Assembly: GCA_013239625.1 (NCBI GenBank)
Contig: MU056358.1
Location: 12,597,285-12,661,284 of the forward strand
DNA: 64,000 bases
Source: Lama guanicoe
Taxonomy: Eukaryota
Reading direction: 5' to 3'
This document shows, in pieces, positions 25,755 through 36,390 of this stretch. How positions within the stretch are numbered: the stretch's first letter is position 1; the number at the start of each line of letters is the position of its first letter. The notes under the pieces were generated by a model that was given only the letters and a program-made list of their open reading frames with translations, had not been told where the DNA came from and ran no database searches. The translations under genes and the position numbers were made by a program.

Positions 25755-26879
25755 CTATTGAAGTGAATAAAGATGAAGAGAATGTGGATTCCTTTAAAAA
25801 TGAAGGAAATAGGAAGCAGATCAGTCCTGGGCGCAAATGGTTGTGGGTCTGAAGCAGAGAAGTGAAACAAGAAATAGACACCGAGTATCTGTCCGGAAGA
25901 ATAAGGTTGCTTTTATATATTCTCTCATTTGGGTGGAGAAGTCCAAAACAAAAAAGTTTAGAGCTACACAGTCAGGATTATAGGGGAAAAAAAAAATCAC
26001 AGCGTGAACGTGATACAATTCCTGCCACCAGGAAGTCCCAGTCAGTCAGTGGTGTGAACTGCACACACTTGCATGTATATATCCCACTCTAGCAGCCATA
26101 GAAGCAAAATGTGAACACAGAGGACATGGCAGCTAAAGCCCGAGGAAGCTAAGGGTTTCCAGTATTTTACTTTAAATATTACCGTGAGGATAACCAACAG
26201 GTCTCTGCTTCCCCTCCCCATGGAACATGCTGAATCACATCTTCTCAAATCAAAGCCACAAAAATCTCCACTCTCCTTTCTAGATCATGGCTAATACCCT
26301 ACAGCTCTTTCCTGTAATAACAGTATGAGCTTCCTGATGGCGGGCATTTTGTATCCCCTAAAGTCTAGCCCTGTTTCTACTACACACTGGTGATTATTAA
26401 ATATTTGAAGTATCATTGGTTATTCCAAAAAAATTAAGGCTGGTAAACGTGAGACTTGAGGCAAGCTCTCCTAGAGCCAGTAAGTTGGGACTGAGATCTA
26501 CAGGTTGTTCTCCCAGGACTTGTCATCTCTGCAGAGGCAGGGAAATGGGATCTGTTGGTGTTCACGCTGTGATTTTTTTCCTATAATCCTGACCATGTAG
26601 CCATTCCCACTGCCATCAGTCGATTATTCCATGGAGTGGCCAGACACCACCCAGTCTGCAGCATGCACAAACAGGAAAAGTTGAACCAACTGCCCTGAAG
26701 CAGTCTCTCCAAAGACAAAGGGACACAATGGTTTGAGGTCAATTGGGAACTGTAAGGTTTACAAGCCAGCAGAGAGGTCACAGGCACCATCAACCAGTGC
26801 TGCCTAACTAAACAGGTCCCATTTGGGGTCCCCAACCATCGTAAATAATAGTTTCTTTCCAGAGGCACCATGTGCACCC

Positions 26880-27750
26880 TAGGGTGTACTTCTTGTGTAG
26901 AAACCAGGCATTAATTTCTCTCCCCAAAATAGTGTGGCTTGTATTTGAACCCCAGGAGTGATCGTAAATGGTCATAATTCAACTGTTTATGGAAACATCC
27001 TCGATAGATCACGTAGCCCTTAGACAACTGCAAAGATCTTTTCAAAATAACTCCCCGTGGTTACTCAGACGAGGTTCCTGGAGGGACAACCAACTTGTTA
27101 TTCATACTCACACTATAGGTAGTTATTCAATTAGAAAAGACAGGACAAAATTTGTCTCTGACTTTAGCTGAAGTAATGAATGACACCACTTCAGCCCCTG
27201 AAGGAATTCAGGTCAACATTAACCCCCTGTCTACACACTGTTAGGAACAATATAGTTGCCCTAAATATCCTCCTTGAGGCCCAAGACCAAGTCTGTGCAA
27301 TCACTGAAATACTCTGTTGAATCCAGATTGTCTTGCTGGACTGTCATCATCCTAAATCAAAAGGATAATGACCACCCGGCTGAGTGTGCTGCTCACCAAG
27401 TCCCCCTACTGTGGCCTAGGTAGACAAAAGTGGGAGATACACTGGGTCTTGGTAAATTTTTGAAAATACCTTTTATCCTTTTCCATCTGAATCTTCTAGA
27501 GGAAAGAGCTCAGTACCAGTGGAAAGGTCTCAGGCTGAGTGGAGAGGGCAATGGAGGGACTTAAAGAGAAAGCCACCTAACTTCCTAACGTGGATCCTGA
27601 TGATTCACGGAGTTTGTTCAGCTGTTTGGGCCTGGGACCGTGGTATGACTGAGGTCAATAATACAGGTTGGTCTGATCTTGCTGTTTAGTGTCTTGTTGG
27701 TAGTAGATTTATTTAGGTGCTTTATGATGCAAATTGACCAGATATGATTC
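26880..27750 (+). pseudogene. Degraded class I (gamma-type) endogenous retrovirus env gene
   Basis: Fragments in env order: YFLCRNQALISLPK (26887), VIQLEKTGQNLSLTLAEVMNDTTSAPEGIQVNINPL (27122), VRNNIVALNILLEAQDQVCAITEILC* (27240-27320, ISD plus CX6CC), SG*VERAMEGLKEKAT*LPNVDP (27530), LRSIIQVGLILLFSVLLVVDLFRC (27649, TM); stops and frameshifts throughout. Confidence 0.85.
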
Positions 27751-27793
27751 CAGCCTCAGCTAGTCAGATTAATCAGAGTGGTCAGAGGAGCGG

Positions 27794-28397
27794 TGTACTA
27801 ATGGGAAAATTTACCAGAAGCCAAGATGGTGCAGAAAGGAGGACTGGATTTTGTTGGGAGAAAATTCCCCATGGTTCTCTTGCATTTCTGCACAACTTAC
27901 AAGAGAGACACTGATTGCCCTTTGTTCTGGACTACCTTTTTCAAAGTTCTTTGTATAGAAAGCAGCCTTTGAAGATAGAAATATCGACTCCTTCCAGAAC
28001 AAAGGGCAGGCTTGCTTACAGTCTTGGAAATAGTGTTTCCGTCTGGAGCAATGAACAGGCATGCTACCTGTCGAGTACAATAACAACAATATCTCCCTTT
28101 GGAATAAAGGACGGAGATGCTTACCGCCCATCCCAAAAGATAAAGGTTCCCAAAGTTTAAGGTTCCTTTCTGGTAACGCAGCCCACTGTGTGTACAAGAG
28201 TCATCTGTTCCATATAGCCCTGTAGGAAGTGAGGCTTGGAACTGGTATAAATGCTCATGTTCTGGTTAGTGCTTCTGCTGTGAGTGTCAAACTGTCCTTT
28301 GTCTCTGACCAGAAGTCTCATGTCTTCTAAGGTATTCATGAAACCATGGCAGGCTCACTTGTCAGCTTGCAAGCAGGGTAAAATCTAGGGCTTGACA
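27794..28397 (+). mobile_element. ERV1-type 3' LTR (MER90/MER110-like)
   Basis: TG...CA ends, preceded by purine tract agaggagcgg and env; 3' end ...cttgcaagcagggtaaaatct...cttgaca resembles the recalled consensus; internal ~60-nt degenerate repeats near 27975-28130. Confidence 0.75.
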
Positions 28398-29425
28398 ATC
28401 ACTGTACATTCATGATTCCATAGCAATAGTATCCTTCCAAACCACCACACTGAGAAAAATTAATCATTAGTGTAAGGGGAATAGGGCTTATTCATTTTAT
28501 TTTTAAATACTTCCCTATTACATATTTATGTGCCTAAATTAGGAAATGATTGCTAAAACACTCTCAGTAAATATAATCTTTTGCCACTTGTACTTCCTGC
28601 TGAAAATCCTTTGAAATGAATTTTCTCTCTTCTGTTTCATTTTGGTTTTATTCCCGAGTAGGTAAACTGGTAATTTCTCATCTTTTAAGTCAATGGTGAA
28701 GAATGTCAATAGAAAGTTTACAAATAATATTTAGGGTTTCATGCTCTCTGTTTGGATACAGTAATCATTTCAAAGCCGGCAAATGTGATGGCATCTCAGA
28801 AGGTAATATCTCAACATTTAATATAACTTTCATTTTTCCTATATGAACAATCTTGTTGTGAAATAAAGTATAAATGAATATGAGAACTTTTATTTACCTA
28901 AACTTTTTGGATTTTAATATTATATTATCTTTGTGAAAATTCAAATGTTACAAAAATGTATTACTGCAAAGACTAAAGACATCCATTCAATCAAAACTCC
29001 CCAAAAGCAGCTACTGTTAGTGGTTCCCCACTCAAACACCAGCAATAGAAATGAGACCATCTGTTGTGTTGTTTACACTTTATCTTGGACCTACTGAGGT
29101 ATCAATACACTTAGCTACCTCAATCTTTAACAGCTGCACAGGTGCACAGTGATTCCATTATTTTGATATATGGAAATTTCTTATCTAACTCCTTACTGAT
29201 GGGATTTAAGACTGTTTCTACTTGGGTTAACCCACAAAAACAATGCCATAGTGAATATTTTTGTATTTACATCCTTATGTACCTCTTAGAGTATTTCTGT
29301 TGAATAAATACCCACAGAAATATAGACATGCTGAATGAGAGGGCTTGTGTGAATGCTGCTGTTAGGTTAATATGGCCCTTTATTTACAAATGCACGGTAA
29401 TACCAGGTTAAAATTCTTCTCTCAC

Positions 29426-29591
29426 CTTTGTTGCCAAGGATTTGAGTTTTCGCAGTAGCGACTGTTTATTGGAATATACAACTTCCTCTTCATTATCTTC
29501 TCCTTCCATGATAGCACAACTGTCTGCAGCTGGGAGTTCACACTCTTTTGAGTTAGTTGTCATTACTAATTTGGAATATTTGTACTCCAGT
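29426..29591 (-). CDS. ELAPOR2: ELAPOR2 penultimate exon (cytosolic tail)
   Basis: cacttag|A CTG GAG ... ACA AAG|gtgaga; 166 nt; [55 protein letters not shown]. Confidence 0.97.
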
Positions 29592-30564
29592 CTAAGTGGT
29601 GGTAAATAAATAAACAGATAGAAAAAGTGACTGTTTAATATAACTTAATACTTATTTGGGGTGGTCATACACCAGCTAATTAAATTGTCTTGTAGTACAG
29701 TTACTCCACCAACAATTCCCCTCACAGCCATAGCACCACATGTTTTCACTTATGTACCATCAACACACAAATCTTTTCCAGAATTTCAGAGAATCAGTGT
29801 AATATGGTTAACTCTATCACTTATTTTATACACTGACTAAATTGTCCAATTATGATGAACTGTTGGAAAACAAAGAGAAAATTTGAGGTCTGGATTCATT
29901 TTCTTAGTTTACACATATTTGAAGACTAATTCACTAGGCAGTTTTCAAAACTTTAGTTTGGAAGAATGAGAATATTATAGAGGCAAGTATTTGGTCTTTA
30001 CTTTTTCTCTAAATCACTTGTTCCTTTCTACTCCCCATCCCTGATATTACAACTGTCCCTAGATAATACAAAAGAGAACGTCCACAGCCTCATTTTAAAA
30101 GAGCCAAAGCACATAACTTATTAATATACCATCAGAGGTTAGGTTCAGTATTCAACTTCAGATTCTTGAAGTCCTGGAGTACGTAAGTGATACTTGCCTG
30201 TATACCTGGTCTGTTTCTTTGCAAATATCTACTCACAAGGAATTGAAAAAGGCAAGAAGGCAGCAAGTTGTCATGAAAAGAAAAAGACACAAGGAGAGAA
30301 TCTGCCTTGCGTTCTCAACTCTGTAGCCGGAAGCCTCTTTTCTTTGTTTTATAACAAATAGGCCTAATTCAATTATCTCTAATGTTCTATGATCTCTGTT
30401 GTCAGAAAAATCACCTCTATTTGCTTTCTTTAAGTCCTTCCCTGTAACTCCTTCACTAGGAGAAATTTCTTGTGTCTCCAAGAGAAACTGTTTGGTATAA
30501 TGATTAAGTCTAAAATTTTCACAACAAAAGAGATCCTTCAGTTCCTATAACAGAGGTTACTTAC

Positions 30565-30743
30565 TTCTGATTCTTTTTCCAGAAGTAGCAAGTGAGGGCC
30601 ACCAGCAAAACGGCTGTAAAAGCGCCCACACCTGCTCCCACTTTTAGCCAAAAGTCAACTGTTTCACAGGTTGATAACTTTTTCTCAGGCAGAGAAATTC
30701 CTTTAATGCACCATTTAGGTTCATTCCATACATATAAGGTTTC
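30565..30743 (-). CDS. ELAPOR2: ELAPOR2 transmembrane exon
   Basis: ttccaaag|GAA ACC ... CAG AA|gtaagt; 179 nt; [59 protein letters not shown](K); hydrophobic helix followed by basic residues. Confidence 0.97.
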
Positions 30744-32187
30744 CTTTGGAAAACAAAAACACACACAAACACAGATGACATGAGAAATGAGGTTTAGAAG
30801 GAGAAAGGCTTTGCTGACCCTTTCTTCACAGTAGGCAAACAGGATTATTCAGCTTTCATCTAACAGAAGCTCCAGAAAGAGATGGAGAAGAGTGAGATTA
30901 AGGAGATGAATGAAAAGGCCAAAAAAAAAAAAAAAGAGAGAGAGAGAGAATTTTCAGACCAGAAGGCTTGCTATGTGCTGAAGAGGTTGTTGAATAAAAA
31001 TGATTCCATCTGGATATCTCATTTGAGCTATTTTCCCCAGACTTCTGATGATCCCTGACTTCTTAATCATGTTTTTAAATAAATGCTTAGGTTGTTTAAT
31101 ATAACTAACTGGAATAGGTTTCACCCACTCATCATGTAGGTCCATGTCCCCCAAAAGCCTCTCGCCTAAGTGGAAGAGCAGGCCTTGGACCCAGGACACA
31201 GAGGTGCACCATGACTGGCAGGCATGCAGACTGCACCCTCTTCTACAGGCCAAAATCAGCAGGGCGTTATTCTTGGTCACCACCACCCACATGAGGTACT
31301 TACTCTCATCCTCCCAATTTTGGGGGGGGGGCAATATTTTCAAACATTGCAACTAACAAATGAAGAATACTGGGTCTCAACCAGCATTTTTTTAAAAATA
31401 AGCAGATCAAATAAAACAGATCAGAAACCAAAATCAGAGTACAGTGCATGGTTCCTTAAATATTTCAGTATATACAGTGGGCAGAGGCAATCTGCATGAT
31501 GATTATACCCACTGACATTACATGACATGAGGCATTACATTTTTTGTTCCTTGTGTCTTATTAAATTTTCTGGTGAATGGTGGTCACTTTATCAACACCC
31601 TACCAGAAGCATAAAACTATAATGTTTAATTTCATACACACAGAAACACACACACACTTTTACAGTCAGTCTTCAAGTGAATGATGTACAGGAGAATCCT
31701 ATTTAAAATAATCCTACTTTACTTTGATGAAAAGTTTCAACCAAGATAAGAACTTTCAACATATTTTTTAGAAAGGACGTTAGCCACTGAAAAATTTCTT
31801 GCGTAGCATTTTCATTAAATTTAGTGTGAAAAAAACTATTTTTAAAATGGCTCACATGATTTTTATACAAAGGATGAGGTGAGAAATGAGGAGGCATGAG
31901 CAAGTTGGACAGCTGCCTCTCTACATGGAAATAATGACAATAAAGAGGAAGACGTGAGCTGTAGTCGGCAAACACTGATTTCATCGGAAGGGCATTCCAA
32001 CAAGAAAAAAAAAGAAAAAACACTGGGAAAGAGTTTATATGGTTGTATCAAATGCGCCAATGAAAATGGCAAGCGCTAATGTCCAATAAACATCTCAGAA
32101 ATGAGCCATTAAAACCTCAAAATTATTCAGGCATGTACTTCTAAAGCCAGAATTCTTAAGTTATCAATAAGCCCCTCAAATTGTTTA

Positions 32188-32188
<1 letters not shown>

Positions 32189-32227
<39 letters not shown>
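32189..32227 (+). repeat. Poly(A)39 homopolymer
   Basis: Uninterrupted A run. Confidence 0.95.
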
Positions 32228-32230
<3 letters not shown>

Positions 32231-35200
32231 AGCTATTGGCAGAATTTTTTAGTCATTAAGCAACTTGGTTGTTCTATAAATTTCTTAGTCATCTGATTAA
32301 ATTAGGAAGCTTTATCCCCTAATCATTAAGTCACATGTCACTGGCAAACAAGAAAGCAGCTGACACTGCAGCAGAAAAATGTGTTTTTCCAGCATCAGGG
32401 ATACTTTGTGGACAGGGTGAGATCAATTTGATGATAAAGGTAAAAACATTCCTCTTAGTGATAACACAGTATCTCTTCAAATCTTTACTACTGTGTAACA
32501 TTTAGAAGGAACGCTTAATACGTACTTAGAACCTGGTATAGATTTTTGAGATCCAATTTGATAAGAGCACTTTTATCACAAGTCATGTAGCTCTTTTCAT
32601 TTCTATCAGCTCTATGTGGAAGACTAGTTGTGTGTAAATTTAACTTCAAGCACATCAGGATTAGATGCCTTTACAGAATTGGGAAAGCGGGACTCAGTCA
32701 ATATAAAATGAAAAATTGTAAAGGATAGAGAGGCAATAGGATAGAAACACAGCAGATTTATTAAAAATTAAAACATATCCATCACTATATTTTGCAATCA
32801 TTGTTTTTTTCTATCATAAGACTTTGGCATCCCAAGAAATCAACCCTTGTTGATTACGTTCATGGACATAATGGAAAAGGCAGGGAAAGTTGTCACTTGT
32901 ATTACAGAAAGCTCACTGAAGAGCAGACTTTTTGAAATATTTTATTCAGAGATTGGAGGTGAGCAGACTGCATCAAATCCATTTGCTTGTTATCGCAATG
33001 AAATACACAAGGAAGGACATTCATATTTTTCTAGTTAAAGCTCAATTTCATTTGGCAAATATTTTCAAAACTAACATCTAACAGAAGGGCATGTTTAACT
33101 GATTTTGTTATTTCTCAAATTAAGTTTGGAACCATAGCAGGGAAGTTTATACCTCAACATGTAAAATACGACAGAATGTTCCGCAAGATATTATTCTTAA
33201 AGCAAAAATAAACATTTGAAAAGCATCACCTCACAACTGTCTGTTGCTAACATTCTTCTAAGATATTGAACAGAGGTTTTTTAATGACAGCAGTTTGAAT
33301 GAGATAAAACTAGAGAAACTGTTGCTACCTCACTGTCTTAAACTTCTAATCATTACTTCCAGAACAGAAATGTTAAATATTAAAGTCTTTGGATAAAAGG
33401 TCATTTTGCTTTGCAAAACTCCTAAGTTAAACTTGGTGGCCAAAGAAGGGAATGCATCTTTTGTTTTTCATTTACTCTAAAAAAAATTATTGTAATATAT
33501 AGTTTATCATAATTTTAGAGAAAAGGTACAGATGAATTTTCACTGTGAAGCATAAAAAGTGTATGATTATTATTACAAGGATTAAAAAATTTTTTTTTGC
33601 AAGACTAGAATTTTCATCCCTGACCCACTTAAAAATTAAAAAGAAACCAGCTCAACAGTGCCTTAGATGTGTAAGCAGCACCGTCTCTCAGAGCTCTAGG
33701 CTGGAATGAGCTACCTACGGGTAAGCACACTTACTGAACTTAAACACCTTCTAATTTTCACTTAAATGTCTTCTACTTGGGGACTTTTCTATTCTGTATT
33801 AATTAATAAAAACTCATTTTATATTATTATGCCTATATTTTATCATAAAATATGAAAATAAGCACTGTTTCATAAAACAATTTTATTTTTAGGCATGTCT
33901 CCGTGTTTGAGTTTGTGTCTGTGTACTAGGCTTGATGTACAACGTATTTCTTACTACAGGTTCACTGTCCTTCAAGTTTGAAAAATTGGTTTGGTTTTTT
34001 TTTCCTTAGAAGTGGACACTACTACTTCCAAATATGCTAAATGTACAAGACTGGGTGGGGGCATTCAGATTTCCTCTCACATTTTTGCCCTCCAACTTGC
34101 CAACTAGAAGCTCTTTTTAAGACTTCTCTGGACAGAATGGCTTCTCCTCACTGCTCCCCTTATACAATCAACATTCGAGCACGTTCCTCCACTCCATGAT
34201 GACCCAAAAGTCAGTACGATCCCATCCACCATCTAGATCTCAGAAATCCCATTGGAATCTCTGATCCCCACTCTCCAACAGGGTCCCCACCTCTGGTGCT
34301 GATTTATTGTCTCATCTGTGCTTCTTTAGTGTCATTTCAATGGACTGCAGGACAGTAAGGTGGTGAGTCAGTCATCTTGAAGGAGGAAAGTTTGTATTTT
34401 TATATGGTACTAATCAGAGCTGATGCAATGAAGTAGGCATTCTCAAACACCACTAGCAGAACAAATTGGACAACCCAAGCAATTCAGTAGTAAGTATCAA
34501 GAACCTTAAAAATGTCTATCTTCTTGAATTCAATTAATCTCTTTCTAGTTATAAACTCCAAGGAAATAATCAAATGTCCAACAAAGATGTTCATGACAGA
34601 GTTATTTACAAAAAGATGGTTTTCAATTTTTTTCCTAAATATACAACAGGGGAATTAGTCGATCTCAAATTGTATACATAATAAAACATTTGTTAGTAAC
34701 TAAAAGTATATTTTAAAAATGTAATGACAAGGGAAATATAGTAAATGTAAAAAGGAAACAAAAGATATAGACAGTAGGACCCCAACTTTATTTTAAAAAA
34801 CAAAGAAGCAAACAAATGATTGCAGAGAAAATACAGAGTAAGATCTTGGTTTATACTATGTATCTCCTTTACTCTCTAGATATCTTCTTGTGAAGTCAAC
34901 TATACCATCCTCATCTTAATTATACCCATAACTACACTATATAAGTCACACCTTACTTTAATCATATCATTTCTTTATAATCTGGGTAAATATATACATA
35001 GTCTACAACTCCCTTGCTACAATTACTTTTCCCAATTCCAGTACACATCTTCAGCTACCTCAGCATATGGGAGTTTAGCTATCAAACTTGATTTTAAATA
35101 CATATTAATATCACATCAGGTTAAATATAACCTTTAGCCATGCTACTGAATCTAAGTTTCTATAATGTAAGTGACGCTGGGCTAAGCAATTACACCTTCA

Positions 35201-35236
35201 GTGACACAGGTCTACTTAGAGAGGTTTGCCCCTTAC

Positions 35237-35363
35237 CTGAAATCCTCTCTTACAGGCTCCCTCAATCTCATGAAAGTCATGTTCTGTGCACAGAGGGCAA
35301 GCTTCAGCACTCTCCCAGAGGAAATAGAACGTACATCCATCACAGGTGCCTGCTGGACACTTG
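35237..35363 (-). CDS. ELAPOR2: ELAPOR2 coding exon
   Basis: ctttcag|C AAG TGT ... TTT CAG|gtaagg; 127 nt; KCPAGTCDGCTFYFLWESAEACPLCTEHDFHEIEGACKRGFQ. Confidence 0.97.
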
Positions 35364-35489
35364 CTGAAAGAAAACATGAAAGACAACAAAAACAACAGCT
35401 TTCTTAACACATTTAATTGCATTCAATCAACAGTTGAGTGGACACTGCACACTGGGAAGCAAGGTGTGGGTGCTGAGGAAACACATGAA

Positions 35490-36390
35490 AAATAATCTAA
35501 AGGCGACAAAACCACAAGGAGATACTACTTTGCACCTACCAGGATGGCTAGCATCAAAAAGACAGCTAATATCAGGTGTTGTAAAGATGTGGGGAAACTG
35601 GAATCCTCAACACCTCTGATGGGAATACAAAATGGTGCAGCTTTGGAAGAATCTGGCANNNNNNNNNNNNNNNNNNNNNNNNNNNNNNNNNNNNNNNNNN
35701 NNNNNNNNNNNNNNNNNNNNNNNNNNNNNNNNNNNNNNNNNNNNNNNNNNNNNNNNNNNNNNNNNNNNNNNNNNNNNNNNNNNNNNNNNNNNNNNNNNNN
35801 NNNNNNNNNNNNNNNNNNNNNNNNNNNNNNNNNNNNNNNNNNNNNNNNNNNNNNNNNNNNNNNNNNNNNNNNNNNNNNNNNNNNNNNAGTACTGATACAT
35901 GCCCCAAATTAGATGAACCTCAGAAATAGTATGCTGAGTGAACGAACTCAATCAAAAACAGCAAGGTCCTACTGAATAGCATGGGGAACTAACTATATTC
36001 AATACCTTGTAATAGCCTAGAATGAAAAAGAATATGAAAATATATCGAATCACTGTTATACACTAGAAATTAACACAACACTGTAAACCAACTATCCTTC
36101 AATTTTTTAAAAGTCCATACACAACATTATTTAGATAAAAGTCCATAATAGGGAATTCCACATAAACAGAAAGTAGTTTAATGGTTGTCTTGGGCTATGG
36201 AGGGGGCTAAAGTACAGGGAAGTAATAGCTAAAGGGTATGGGGTTTCTTTATGGGCTGATGAAAATGTTCTAGAGTTTACTATGGTGATGGTTGCATCTA
36301 CCTAAATAATATACAATGACCATTGAGCTGTATGCTTTAAATGAGTGAACTGTAATGGTATGTGAATTACATCTCTATAAAACTATTTTC
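35490..36390 (+). mobile_element. Old L1 (L1M-type) ORF2 end and 3' UTR, with a younger L1 3' end nested at ~35958-36112
   Basis: MASIKKTANIRCCKDVGKLE is ORF2 C-terminal; ggtatggggtttcttt...gatgaaaatgttctaga...gtatgtgaattacatctc is an L1MB-like 3' end; caaggtcctactgaatagcatggggaac...caacactgtaaaccaactat is a younger L1 3' end. Confidence 0.85.
35659..35887. other. Assembly gap (229 N)
   Basis: N run inside L1. Confidence 0.99.

Noticed and set aside
26581-26877. 98-aa minus-strand ORF with PNGTC resembling env
   Set aside because: The recognisable env motifs are on the + strand; this ORF is antisense to them and probably chance
27811-28339. Overlapping ORFs up to 128 aa
   Set aside because: Contained in the LTR; no coding signature
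30744-30746. AAG acceptors here and at 49565
   Set aside because: Less common than YAG but still canonical AG sites, and the frames are intact
30954-31499. 132-aa and overlapping intronic ORFs
   Set aside because: No recognisable homology or splice sites; ELAPOR2 splices in frame without them
35544-35951. ORFs spanning N runs (also near 40549 and 62321)
   Set aside because: Artefacts of translating gaps
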